From Malacoraja senta (Eukaryota), in the NCBI GenBank assembly GCA_038087875.1, contig CM075989.1, forward strand, positions 18,354,001 to 18,418,000: a stretch of DNA of 64,000 nt, in the 5' to 3' direction. Below the pieces are notes generated by a model. That model searched no databases and was not told the origin of the DNA. It worked only from the letters and a program-made list of their open reading frames with translations. A program made the position numbers and the translations under genes. Positions 1 through 12,684 of this stretch are shown piece by piece. The first letter of the stretch is position 1. The number at the start of each line of letters is the position of its first letter.

Positions 1-757
1 GGGACAGGCAGCATCTCTGGAGAGAAGGAATGGGTGACGTTTCGGGTCGAGACTGAAGAAGGGTCTCCTCCCACACCTGACTCAACTACCTCTTCTGTCC
101 CGCTGAGTTACTCCAGCGTTTTGTGTCTCTCTATGTTTCAAGATGTTTGTGAACCGATATCATCCAGTACAGACTATGGAAGCCTTTTACCTAAATAACC
201 ATCGCCATTTTCACATATGAGCATCCGGCAGAGTAGTGAACCTCCTTCAGACTAGTGAACAGCACTCATTAATGTTGACTAAAAGTGTTGCACCTCTCGA
301 CCCGTGTTGCCATGGTATCACACGTTCAATTTACTCTGAAATTGCTCCCACTTCCATTCAGTACGGAGTTGGATGATTTACCAATTTAGAAAACTGTCCT
401 TTCCTCTGAGGAAGAGAGGTTAGTCCAAGGCTGGAGGAGCTCAGCTGCAAGAATGCCTGATGAAAGGACACAGTGCATGGTTCAGCCTCAATACCAAAAG
501 TCACCCCTTCCTTCTCTCCAGAGATGCTGCCTGTCCCGCTGAGTTACTCCAGCATGTTGTGTCTATCTTCAGTTTAAATCAGCATCTACACTTTCTTCCT
601 ACACATAATGTGTTGTTATTGGACTGTTTTGAACTGGAACTATGGGCCAACAGCACAGGAAAGTTGACAACCAGCAATAAATCATCAACCAGGAACTATT
701 CTTTACAGGGTTGGATGTCACTGTACATTTCACTGTACCTAGGTACGTAACAAGTGT

Positions 758-1008
758 AGTTTAGATTGTTTTTAGTTTAAAGATACAGCGCGGAAACGGG
801 GCCTATGGCCACCGAGACCACGCCGACCAGCGATGCCCGAACACTAACACTATCCTACACACACACGCACACACGAGGGACAATTTACAATTATACCAAG
901 CCAATTAACCTACAAACCTGTACGACAATGTCCCGACGTAGTCAGGATCGAACCCGGGTCTCTGGCGCTGTAAGGCAGCAACTCTACCGCTGGGCCACCG
1001 AGCCACCC
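758..1008 (-). mobile_element. HE1-like tRNA-derived V-SINE
   Basis: Reverse-complement match to the window's recurrent SINE: tRNA-like head, GGTTCGATCC B-box and (TAAAC)n-like tail. Has an internal deletion. Confidence 0.85.
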
Positions 1009-1851
1009 AACACTCGTTTGCAAATCCTGTTATAGTTCAGTTCTCCTTCCATGCAAGTGGCAGAGAGCAGTACACAGAGTCCCATCCAGGCCCCTGTCGA
1101 ACTAGTCACAGTCCTCATCGTACAAGTCACAGGTCGGTTTCACATTTGCCGACAATCTTCGTGAAAGTGCAACAGCACAGCCTGTTGTTATTCTGCGAGC
1201 CTGCCTCGTCCCAACCAGTCAAACATTCTTTACATCTCTGCTATGCTGGTTGGCTCGGCCTGAAGTACTGAGCTCCAGCGGCTACGTTAACAAAGGATTG
1301 ATTTATACCCACTTGTCTTGCCTGCCCCTTCTTCATTGAGCAATAGTGCAGAGGAATACTGCCAGAAACCATGCTCAGCATCAAGGGCCAATTTAAAAGA
1401 CTGCAACACGCAAGTTCAAGAAATACAATGCAAAGAAAAACCAGCCTATTCACACTAGTAACTGCAGAGGCTTTTGTGAAATGTTCATCTCCATCTCAGC
1501 TCTCTCTCTCGAGGCATAATAGTGCCCTGTTCCCTCATCCTGTATCGCTATATTGTTATTTCTTATGGAGCACTGGGATGTTGTAACTTCAGTACCAGTA
1601 AGCTGCTCATCGATTATATTCTGCAATCTTAGAAAAATGTCAACATTGACAATTTGCTGCCATCTTCACATTACGCCATTTATAAAAAGGGCTCAGACTC
1701 TTCATCATGTGTATGGACAGATCCGAAGCTGAACGTTCTGTTCACGGCATTCGTTAGTATCGCGCTTTCAAATTATTGCTGGTTCAGGGAAGAAAAGTCC
1801 AATAATTAGGGATTCAAGAGATCAGGAGAGTGTTGGCTTGTCACATGCAGC

Positions 1852-2367
1852 TAGGGTTGCCAACTGTCCCGTATTAGCCAGGACATCCCGTACATTGGGC
1901 TAAATCGGTTTGTCCCAAGTGGGACCGTCCTTGTCCCGTATTTGACTGCTACTACTCGGGTCGAGGGGACTGTCGGGTCGGAGTGTCGCGTCCGGCCCCG
2001 CCTCACCCGTCCCGACGTAGTGCAGCACATGGAGTGCAGCAGCAGCAGCGCCTCGCCCGTGGCCCCGTCGGTCGGCAGCCCGGCCAGCTGTCCGACCTTC
2101 GGACCTTCGCTTACTGCCGACACCACCACCCCTCCTTCTCACGGCCGATCATCGGTTCATGAGTTGGATGGGGTGCCGGACTTTGCGCGTGATGTCACCC
2201 GGGCCAAAACTCCTCAGCTGGCCCCGCCGGCTGGGCTTTGTGTGCATTCCAGCACCCGGGCCAACTCATCATTCACCCAGCCACGGCCGAGTCGGTCAAC
2301 AAATTGCCGTCGGGAATTTGTCCCTTATTTTGACGTTCTGTCTCTTATTTTGGAGTTGGCAACCCTA
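1852..2367. mobile_element. Non-autonomous hAT DNA transposon (TAGGGTTGCCA-type termini)
   Basis: 14-bp terminal inverted repeats (TIRs) TAGGGTTGCCAACT / AGTTGGCAACCCTA. The 8-bp flanks CATGCAGC and CACACAGC match at 6/8. Subterminal TGTCCC(G/T)TATT repeats and a CpG-rich interior. Confidence 0.85.
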
Positions 2368-2479
2368 CACACAGCAGATATGGACCAGATAATGGTAGAC
2401 ACAGGGTACTGCAGATTCTGGAATCTCAAGCAAAACACAAAGTGCTGGAGGAATTCTGTGGGTCAGGCAGCTTCTGTGG

Positions 2480-2985
2480 AGTCTATGGACTGGCGCTTTG
2501 ATGATATCGGCTTGTCTCTGAATGGTTCTTCAATGGTGGAGAGATGAGTATGCAAGATGGGCCAAGGGCCAAGGAACATGCACTAGTCTCTGCAGTCTCT
2601 TTCATTCCTGGGCATTCAAATCTGCTCTCTACCGCGCACCTGTTGGAGTTGGGTACAGTATTCGCATCATGCCGGATCTCCCCGAACATCTGACAAAGCT
2701 TTCTTTGTGTTTGCATCAAAGTGCACCAAGGTGACAAACCATCAGGGGATGTGTAGGCCCAGGAACCTGAAGCTGTCGTTCCTCTCCACCATCATCCCAC
2801 AGATGGAGACCCACGGACTATCTTTGATTGTACTTTACTGGACGAGGCGTTATTCACGTTATTCCCTTGATAGTGTATCTGTACACTGTGGAAGACTCGA
2901 TTGTAATCATGTATTGTCTTTCCGCTGATGGGTTAGGCCACAACAAAAGCTTTTCCCTGTACCTTGGTACACGTGACACTCAACT
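2480..2985. mobile_element. Rex1/Babar-like LINE remnant: minus-strand RT fragment joined to a plus-strand 3' tail
   Basis: The minus frame reads ...NRCAVES..., resembling Rex1 'FYRCAVESIL'. About 2810-2985 matches the 3' tail that recurs near 12360, 13440, 56400 and 60490. Confidence 0.6.
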
Positions 2986-4145
2986 CAACGAAGACAGGTT
3001 TATGGAACCTCAGTTCGCCCTTTCTGAAATCAACAGTCAGCAACTTGTACTCTCTAACACTGCGAGCAATTGTTGTTCTGGCACCATCCAACCCATTATC
3101 AATCTCCCTCCTGCACGCAACTTCAGCATTTCAAGGTCACCAGTTACAGATACACGACACATATTGCATTTTGCTCAGAAGGAGCAACAGCTTCACCTGT
3201 TCCCTGCAAGCCTCTTGGTGCCTGGTTAATGAGGAACTTCATGTGGCAGCTTTGAGAGTGTTTCTGTTTGAACAATACCAGAAAAAGGTTCATTGAGTGA
3301 AACATGGGAGAAAGGAACTAACATCTTATAAATGCTTCTCCAATTTCATTTTTATTTCCAATTTCATTAGGAGAAAACTAAACAGCACCTCATATTCCGC
3401 TTGGATCGCTTACAAGTCATAGTCATACAATGTGGAAACAGGCCCTTCGGCCCAACTTGCCCACACTGACCAACAAGCCCCATCTACACCAGTTCCACCT
3501 GCCCCCATCCCTCTAAACCGGTCCACTGGCTCATTCCATACACCCACCATATACGACTCAATGCTATGTATATTGAATTCTGCAATGTTTACAAACTCCA
3601 ATGTTACAAACAATGATTCCTACATTCCTTCACCCACCCCCTTCCCCACCACCTATATTCCTTCCTCTGGCTTCACAGTTTGCTAACTGAACTGAATTAT
3701 TCTATTCTTATCTCACACCTTCTGTCTATTCATCTCCGGCCTTTGTCCAACCACCTGCCTATCAACCCCCCCCCCCCCACCCCCATCCCCATGTGCATCC
3801 ACCTATCACTCATCAGGCTTTATCCAGCCGCTCTTCTCTTCTTGCTTTCTCCCTCCCACCACCACAATCAGTCGGAAGAAGGATCCCAACCCTTAACGTT
3901 ACCTGTCCATGTTCTCCAGAGATTATGCCTGACCCGCTGAGTTACTCCAGCACTTGGTGACTATTGTTTCTTTGTCTGGTGCAGTCTCGCGTGCCAGCCT
4001 CTCTTGATGCTCTGCCTACTTTCTGACAACACTCACACATGATCTTGCTTAACAGAAAAAAGACCAGGTGGCAGAGATTTGTGATGCATGGTTCATATTA
4101 CTCCAAAAGCCCATTCCTTCGGGCTACACGAGAGAATCTCACAGT

Positions 4146-4460
4146 CTTTAGTTTTTTTAGTTTAGAAATACAGCACGGAAACAGGCCCTTCGTCCCACTG
4201 AGTCTGCGCCGACCAGCGAGCCCCACACGTTAACACAATCCTACTCACACTAGGGACAATTATACATTTGTACCAAGCCAATTAACCAACAAACCTGTAT
4301 GACTTTGGAGTGTGGGAGGAAACCGGTGCACCTGGAAAAAACCCACGCAGGTCACGGGGAGAACGTACAAACTCCATACAGACAGCTCCCGGAGTCAGGA
4401 TCGAACCCGGGTCTCTGGTGCTGTAAGGCAGTAGCTCTACTGCTGCACCACCGGGCCGCC
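4146..4460 (-). mobile_element. HE1-like V-SINE
   Basis: Full-length reverse match to the recurrent SINE, with A/B boxes and tail. Confidence 0.9.
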
Positions 4461-4781
4461 ACTTCTCTCTGATTATGCTGGTGGCCTTGCTGAGGCAGCG
4501 CGAGGTGTAAATGGAGTCAATGGAAAGGAGGTTGGTTTGTGTGGTGCTCAATCCCATTCTTCTTCTTCATGCATGGTATTCATGCATCCTTCATCATAAA
4601 TTCCTGCAATTTCCCCATCACTGATGTTAAGCTGCCAGATCAGACTCTCTCTCTCTCTCTCTCTCTCTCACCCTACTTTCTCAAATAGTGGCGTCACATT
4701 TGTAAGCGCCCAATCCACAGCAGCAGGTCCAGAGTGTTTATTATTTTTTATTATTAAATTATTTATGTGTAGTGAGCCTTA

Positions 4782-5082
4782 TGGCCCTGTCCCACGGTAC
4801 GAGTTCATTCAAGAGCTCTCCCGAGTTCAAAAAAAAATCAAACTCGTGGTAAGCACGGAGAATGTACGTAGCGGGTACGTCGGAGCTCGGGGACGCCTCT
4901 TAGCGGCTCGTAACGCTAACGGCAGGTACTCGGGAAGACTCGTGAAGATGTTTCAACATGTTGAAAAATGTCCACGAGAGCCCTGAGTACCGACGAGCGG
5001 CCGTTACCGTAAATCTCCGAGTTCGAATCAGAGCAAACTCGGGAGAGCTCTTGGAATGAACTCGTACCGTGGGACAGGGCCA
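4782..5082. mobile_element. PIF/Harbinger-type MITE
   Basis: Long TIRs (TGGCCCTGTCCCACGGTACGAGTTCATT...) and a 3-bp TTA duplication at 4779-4781 and 5083-5085. Confidence 0.85.
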
Positions 5083-5439
5083 TTAGAGATGATGACCATT
5101 GCATACACGGTCTCTGAAATCACATATTTCCAAACTGTGGGATAGAGATCGCAGGGCCTTGGGATTTACAATTTCTTTGCACTACGTTTTAACAAGTAGT
5201 TATTATATTCAGTTTCTCATTCTCGCTAGACCCACAATTTTCTACATTTATCATAGGTTTTATGTACCCACTTCCATGAGTAGGGAACTGCAGATTTCGA
5301 TGGTTATTATAGAAATGATTTTTGTAAAATTACACGGATAAGATCACGGAGATATTCAGAGAACAAAAACCGAGCATTTTAAAATTTCCTGAAGCAGAAG
5401 TCTCTGGGCATCAACACACAGTAAGCAATTAAAACAGTG

Positions 5440-5760
5440 CAAGTTTGGGCAAGGCCAGCAGAGTGTGAATGAAGGTGTTAGCGAGGCAGACGGAGAGGCT
5501 AGGACACTGGAATGGTCAACTCCAGGGGGATCAACAGGCACCACTGAGAATTTCAGCAGCAGATGACGTGAGGCAGGAGCCGTGTCGAACGATAGGAAGA
5601 TGTTGGTCTTGGAGACGGCACAGATCCAAAACCCAACCAGCTGGCTGCATCTCTGACAGCTGAAAAGGAGAGGATAAATTCTGTGGCCAGAGAACTGTAT
5701 GTTGCAGGAACCAAAGACGATGACTTCATTTTGCCTTGCAATATTTAGAGTCATTTGCTC
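5440..5760 (-). mobile_element. Old, degenerate L2 LINE ORF2 fragment
   Basis: Minus strand cctgcctcacgtcatctgctgctgaaattctc...gagttgaccattcc resembles the L2 'LSSSAAETLIHAFVTSRLDYSN' region, with frameshifts. Confidence 0.55.
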
Positions 5761-6048
5761 GTGCAGAACTGAACATTGGACAAGCAGGCTAACAACCCAG
5801 AGACACTGGGGATGTGGGGAGGGATCATGGTACAGTGGTTACTAAGATGCCATCAGTATACGTGCGGGAAATCAATTATGTTCATTTGTCAGCAAAGGAG
5901 GCAAGTAGCTAAAATGTATTAAAATTTAAATTAAACTTGGAGGTAATAAGAGAATCCTACAAAAATTGAATTTGGCGAAGAACGTTGAACAGTACAGTAC
6001 AGGTACAGGCCCTTCGGCCCATTATGTCTGTGCTGAACATAGTGCCAA

Positions 6049-6332
6049 GTTTAGTTTAGAGATACACCGAGTCCACACTGACCAGCGATCCCCGCACTTT
6101 AACACAACCCAAATCACTACATTGGGACATTTTTTACATTTATACCAAGCAAATTAACCTACAAACCTGTATGTGTTTGGAGTGTGGGAGGAAACCGAAG
6201 ATCTCAGAGAAAACCCACGCAGGTCACGGGGAGAAGGTACAAACTCCGTACAGACGTCACCCGTGGTCAGGGTCGAACCCGGGTCTCTGGCGCTGTAAGG
6301 CAGTAGCTCTACCGCTACGCCACTGTGCCACC
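6049..6332 (-). mobile_element. HE1-like V-SINE
   Basis: Reverse match to the recurrent SINE. Confidence 0.9.
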
Positions 6333-6540
6333 TTTAACTTTAGAATGTTAAACTAAGAGTCTAAAGTTAAATTACAAGTCTAAAGAGACAACAGCATCAT
6401 GCAGATACTGACCATATCATGATTGAATTTTCTTACTAAATTCAAGAAGGGAAAGTTACAACAAAATGTTTGGGTTTACAAACTTTGAATAGCAGAGTTA
6501 AAACTAGGCCATAATAAATTGGACTGAACTGGCCTGAAGT

Positions 6541-6860
6541 GGGCAGCACGGTGGCGCAGCAGTAGAGTTGCTGCCTCACTGCGTCAGAGACCCAGGTTCA
6601 ATCCCGACTGCGGGTGATGGCTGTACGGAGTTTGTACGTTCTCCCCGTGACCTGCGTGGGTTTTCTCCAAGATCTTCAGTTTCCTTCCACACTCCAAAGA
6701 CGTACAAGGTTTGTAGTTTAATTGGCTTAGGTTTGAATACTTGGTATAAGTGTAAATTGTCCCTAATGTGTGCAGGCTTGTGTTAATGTGCGGGGATTGC
6801 CGGTCGGTGTGGACTCGGTGGGCCGAAGGGCCCGTTTCCGCGCTGCATCTCTAAAACAAA
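6541..6860 (+). mobile_element. HE1-like V-SINE
   Basis: A-box-like GGTGGCGCAGCAG, B-box GGTTCAATCC, central core and CR1-like tail ending GCATCTCTAAA. Confidence 0.9.
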
Positions 6861-7311
6861 AAATAAGTCTGAGGAAGGATCCCAACCAGAAACGTCACCT
6901 ATCCATGTCCTCCACAGATGCCCCTGGCTCACTGAGTTACTCCAGCACTTTATATTCCAAGTACGATTCCAGCTTCTGTTCTTATGTTGCTTGTGTTTAC
7001 ATTTTCAGAAAGTAATTAAGCATTTTTTTTAATTCAAAAGCTGTGTTCGACAGCAACAGAGGAGGCTCAAGGTAGGTAGGACACACAAACATCTCCAAGG
7101 GAAATGGAGATCAATTAACTGGAAGTGGAAAACACAAAGCAATAACAAAGAAACAATGAGATACATGTAAAAACTACTAAACTTATCTATATACCAATGG
7201 GAAAAATGTTTATGAATACAGTGAGGCAGTTAAACATAATAGACAAGACAATAAGGAAATATGCTATTAATACTTGATATTTGGTTGTATATAAATGAGA
7301 CATAGATAGGA

Positions 7312-7516
7312 TATGTAGGAAGGAACTGCAGATGCTGGTTTAAATCGAAGATAAGAGACAAAATTCTGGAGTAACTCTGTGGTACAAGCAGCATCTCTGG
7401 GGAGAAGGAATTGGTGACGTTTCAGATAGTGACCCTTCTTTGGACTGAAGAAAGGTCACTATCCGAAACATGCTGCCTGGCCCGATGAGTTACTCCAGCA
7501 TTTTGTGTCACTCTTC
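7312..7516. mobile_element. Short fold-back Penelope-derived unit with TSD
   Basis: Two inverted halves of the Penelope terminal repeat. GACATAGATAGGA is duplicated at 7299-7311 and 7517-7529. Confidence 0.8.
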
Positions 7517-7596
7517 GACATAGATAGGAAAGTCAGTCAGAATCTTTTTCTCAGGTTCTGAGAAATGTCAAAGACTGGAGGACATAGGTTTAAAGT

Positions 7597-7898
7597 TTTA
7601 GTTTTAGAGATACAGAGTGGTAACAGCCCCGTGGGCCCACCAGGTCCACACCAACCACTGATCACCCATACATTTAGTTCTATGTTATCCCACTTTCGCA
7701 TCATGCACACCAGGGGGATTTTACAGAAGCCAATTAACCTACAAACCTACACGTCTTTGGAATGTGGGAGGAAACCGGAGAAAACCCACGCGGTCACAGG
7801 GAGAACGTACAAACTCCGCACAGACAGCACCCGTAGTAAGGATCGAAACTGGGTTTCTGGCGCTGTGAGGCAGCAACTCTACCGCTGCTCCACTGTGC
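7597..7898 (-). mobile_element. HE1-like V-SINE inserted in a CR1 3' fragment (~7530-8160, +)
   Basis: The SINE interrupts a CR1 C-terminal sequence: GGHRFKV before it, FFTQRVV-like after it. Confidence 0.8.
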
Positions 7899-8521
7899 AG
7901 AGGGCCAAAGTCTAATGGAAATGTGCAGGCAGGCTTTTCTTTACCCAGAGTGGTGAATGCCCACAGCATGCAGTTGGGATGGTGGTAGAGGCAGATACGA
8001 TAGGGTCATTTAAGCGGCATTTAGATAGACATATGGATATGCAGGGAATGGAGGGATAATGAGCATGTACGTACAGGCAGCAGGAATTAGTTTTACCTGC
8101 CATCATATTCAGCACTGACATTGTGGGCCGAAGGGCCTGTTCCTGCGCTGTACCATTTTATCGGTGTGCTTTGGGGAAGTTGGAAAGGGAGATGTCTGAA
8201 GAAGGGGCCCGGCCTAAAACGTCACCCATCCTTTTTCTCCAGAGATGCTGCCTGACCCGTTGAATGACTCCAGCATTCTGCGTCTATCTTCAGAGATATC
8301 CCAACGCTGCATTCCACAATCGCCTTCATTTAATTTCAATGCTATCCAATAAATTAAATAAACTTGTTTCAGTGATGGTCATGTCAACAAATTTCCTGGT
8401 GGACAGTGCGATCTCTGACTGGCTCAGACCACTCACTATGTTCAGTAAAGGTTGATGATGGGGTGTTGTCCTCGGGTCCTAAGGTTATCATTTCTCCCGA
8501 TTTTCAGGAATACGAGACTTT

Positions 8522-8868
8522 CACAAGTTCACAGGTTATAGGAGTAGAATTAGGCCATTCGACCCATCAAGTCTACTCCACCTTTCAATCATGGCTGATC
8601 TCGGCCTCCTAATCTCATTTTCCTGCCTTCTCCCCATAACCCTTGACACCCGTTCCAATCAAGAATTTGTCTATCTCTGCCTCAAAAATATCCACTGACT
8701 TGGCCTCCACAGCCCTCTGTGGCAATGAGTTCCACACGTTAACTGCCCTCTGACTAATTAAGTTCCTCCTCACCTCCTTTCTAAAAGAGCGCCCTTTAAT
8801 TCTGAGGCTATGACCTCTAGTCCTAGACACTCCCACCAGTGGAAACATCCTTTCCACATCCAATCTAT
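8522..8868 (-). mobile_element. CR1/HER1 LINE 3' fragment
   Basis: The minus ORF 'RMFPLVGVSRTRGHSLRIKG...QRAVNVWNSLP' is the CR1 ORF2 C-terminus, followed by 3' UTR. Confidence 0.9.
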
Positions 8869-9249
8869 CATTTCTTTCCCACAAAACAACATATTAGAGG
8901 AACATAAAGGGTTGTTATTGAGGTAATAATGTTCTCGTAACCATCTCGGCATTTATTGTCGGCTAGAAAACGTGCAAGCACCTCGGAATAACTTTGATGT
9001 TCCCTCTGCTTTGTGTTGCTTCTGTAGCGGCCTGGCATCTTGGGGCAGCACAGATGGCAGTGATGAGTGATGCAGCCCAGCCCAGCCCAGCGACACTGCC
9101 AAACAACTCTCCCTTCCGCACAAAGCACTCCGAGACCCCGTGCATTACGGATGCAAATGACGCCAACAGTGCAGTGGTCGGGTGGAGTGAGCTGTCGACA
9201 GGCCGGTCGAATCGTGAGGGAAGTCATAATCTTGTATGAAGATAGAAAC

Positions 9250-9850
9250 TTTGTGGAATTTTATGACGCTCTTCTGAGACAAAGCATCCGTCACCAGCAG
9301 TCTGGTTAAACGCTAAACTGTCATGCAAGATTATCTATGTGTAGGAAGGAACTGCGGATGCTGATTTAAACCGAAGATAGACACAAAAAGCTGGAGTAAC
9401 TCAGCGAGTCAGGTGGCATCACTGGAGAAAAGAAATAGGTGATGTTTCGGGTCGAGACCCTTCTTCAGACTACAGTTGTTTAGAATTTTAATAGGTATTA
9501 AGAATTGTGATTTTTGGGGTCATTATTGTGCTAAACTGTTTTGAGAGTTTTTTTTACTGTAAATTCATGAATTAGCATTTTATTCCTTTATTTGACCATT
9601 CTGCTCATCGGGTCTACTCCGCCATTCAAACTCAGTCTGAAGAAGGGTCTCGGCCCCAAATGTCACCTATTCCTTTTCTCCAGCGATGCTGCCTGACCCG
9701 CTGAGTTACTCTTGCTCTTCGTGTCTATCTTTGTTTCAAACCAGCATCTGTAGCTCCTTCCTACACATAATTGTGCATGACTGTTTAACGTTTAGCCAGG
9801 CTGCTGGTGACGATGCTTTGTCTTGGAGGAGCGTCATATAATCCCACAAA
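9250..9850. repeat. Long inverted repeat (arms ~9250-9471 and ~9635-9850)
   Basis: Each arm is a Penelope terminal repeat plus ~85 bp of otherwise unique sequence. The arms are reverse-complementary with scattered mismatches. Confidence 0.9.
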
Positions 9851-10902
9851 CTGCGATATCCATGAGTGTCAAACCACAGGGTGCAGCGGTCATGGATGTC
9901 ATTCGATCCTCCATGCCACTTAATTGTTCTTTAATTATTCTACGATGCTTTAGCATCCTTAAGAAATGTTAAAAGCCAATCACTTCTGTACTCTGTCAGA
10001 ATCCATTTCATCCTTTTCGGAGCCCGCTCAACTGCAAAATTGTGGTTCTGGGGCATAAAAAGCAATCACACTGAACTAATACCTTGCAATCTATCGTCAA
10101 CATTTATGTCTAATGCTTAATCCAGTTAGTTCTTCAGGGGTTTCAGACGTATTAAATTTGGAGAACGGTATATAATCACTTCGTGGGAACAAATTTGGAA
10201 ACATGTGGGCATGCAAATTATAGAAACTGGTCAAAATTTCCCTCTATCCAGATACTCCGACTGTTTGTACCTTTAGCTGTGTGCACTCATTATCCACATC
10301 ATTTTTTTTCCAGCTTAGCATGCATGGTAACTGTCTTGGCAATGACTTGCAACTAATATGATGCACATAATAATCTGTCAGGTAAAGCCAGAGGGCTAGG
10401 GAGGAGCAGCAACTTTTCCATAACATGTTATCCATATTTTTGGATTTTCATGCCCTGTCCTCCATTGGACATGGATCTACCCTCTTTTAGCTCAGAACTC
10501 CTTGCACATTTTCCCTGCTACATTCTGAGCACATCCACGGACTACATGCACACTGACGTGAGTAGCCTTTCTCTGCGAAACACTGGGCTCTATTTAAACC
10601 CTGACCAGAGACCCAGTGGGAAGCACCACAACAAACAAACTGATCCATTCCCACACGCTCACTTCTGTGACGAATGAACAAGACACTTTCCCCAAAACTT
10701 AACCGAACTGCTGCCTCGGGCGGTTTTAGAGGATTTGGAACATTCTGTTCAAGCAGGCTCACCGAAACAGAAAGCTTATTTTGTCTCCCGTTAGAGGCCA
10801 ATTAGCAAACAATGCATCTGATGTACCATTAATTGTGTTCGGTATCGGCAAACGTTGTACAGTATAAATCCCACCAGCTGAGGCAAATATCGGTAACATT
10901 TT

Positions 10903-11173
10903 GCGGCACGGTGGCACACAGCACCAGAGACAAGGGTTCGATCCTGACTATGGGTGCTGCCTGTACGGAGTTTGCGCATTCTCCCCCTGACCGCGTGGGT
11001 TTTCCCCGGGCGCTCCAGTTTCCTCCCACACTCCAAAGATGTACAGGTTTGTAGGTTCATAGGCTTCGGTAAAATTGTAAATTGTCCCTAGTGTGTAGGA
11101 TAATGTTGGTGTGTGGGGATCGCTGGTCGGCAGCGGAAGGGTCCATTTCCATGCTGTATCCCTAAACTAAACT
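10903..11173 (+). mobile_element. HE1-like V-SINE
   Basis: Match to the recurrent SINE with B-box and (TAAAC)n tail. Confidence 0.85.
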
Positions 11174-11457
11174 TTAACATGTGATGTCCCAACCCAAATG
11201 ATAACTCTGAGCTACCCCCTGTCCTATGCTCCATTCCTGGGGATGCTGGCTTAATGGAACACTTCAACTTGCCTGGACCGTCCTCCAGAATCTCATTTAG
11301 TGACCATTAATCACACTCGAGCTTCAAACCCTTCTTGACAGTGCGAGAGCATCTCAATTGAGTAGGAAGGAACTGCAGGTTTACACTGAAGATACACACA
11401 CAACGCTGGAGTAACTCAGCAGGGCAGGCAGCATCTCTGGAGAGAAGGAATGGGCGA

Positions 11458-11625
11458 CATGTCGCGGGGTGATGCCTGTTTGGTCGTGAGTAGTCGGCCA
11501 AAGAGTCGTATCTTTTTCCGGTCGCCCGCTGGATTTCCAACATGTTGAACATTTTCATCGACCTGCTGCGACTATGACGGATGCCGGCAAGTCGCCGAAA
11601 AAATTACGTAAGTGGGACAGGCCCT
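11458..11625. mobile_element. Truncated Harbinger-type MITE (right end only)
   Basis: Ends GTGGGACAGGCCCT followed by TAA, the same terminus as the element at 39706-40195. The interior differs and is CpG-rich. Confidence 0.65.
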
Positions 11626-12684
11626 TAAGGTGTGTAAATGACAGATCAAAGCAGATGGTGATAAGGAAATGTACAATGGAGTCTGATCTTGCTTTGGCCC
11701 ATGACTATACGTCCTTTCCAGTAGGGACCACACAACTGCAGGCGTGAGAGAAATATATCGTCTATATGACTTGGAGTGTAGCACCCCAAATTATCAGAGG
11801 CGGAAATTAGCTCATTCAAAATGGGCCACAATCTCAAACACAAAAGTTTTTACTTGCTGGAATAGTCCAATTTGCAGAATAGCTGTGCTTCTTTATTCAT
11901 CTGCCATTCATTTGATCCGAAATGGTACAGCACCACGACACAACTTTGCCAACTCAATCAACAAAAGCCATGGCAAATCTTATCATTGAATTGGGCTGCA
12001 TTGTTAGTTCTGAATTGGAAGAAGTTCCAATGATGAATTATAGAAACATAGAAAATAGGTGCAGGAGTAGGCCATTTAGCCCTGATCATCCAAAATCACT
12101 ACCCCGTTCCTGCTTTTTCCCCATATCCCTTGATTCCGTTAGCCCGAAGAGCTATATTTTACTCTCTCTTGAAAACATCCAGTGAATTAGCCTCCACTGC
12201 CTTCTGTGGCAGAGAATTCCACAGATTCACAACTCTCTGGGTGAATTATGTAGGTCTCAAGAACAGGATATACAAAATCTCAAAAATAAGGCAAGTGTAC
12301 CAAATCTACATTCTCACTAGCGGAAGGCCCAGTTCTTCAACAGTGCATTCAGTTCCATTTAACTTATTGTCACATGTACTGAGGTACAAGTGAAAAGCTT
12401 TTGTTGTGTGCTAACCAGTCGGCGGAAAGACAATACATGATTACAATCGAGCCATTCACAGTGTGCAGATACATGATAAGGGAATAGCATTTAGTGCAAG
12501 ATAAAGCCAGTAAAGTTGGATCAAAGATAGTCCAAGGGTCACGAATGAGGTAGATAGTACCATATGATAAAGTAAAAGTAATTTTCATCATTATAAGCCG
12601 GTATTGGTATTTGCTTATTCTTGGCAGGTGCACCAAAAAGCTTATGTTTGTGTGCTATCCAGTCAAATCAAACCAAACTATACA

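Noticed and set aside
306..319. RFX X-box-like GTTGCCATGGTATC
   Set aside because: A single imperfect motif with no supporting context.
1942..2547. 201-aa ORF
   Set aside because: It spans a GC-rich hAT interior and unrelated repeats, and has no transposase motifs.
6541..6615. tRNA genes at SINE heads
   Set aside because: A/B boxes are present but continue into SINE bodies. These are tRNA-derived SINE heads.
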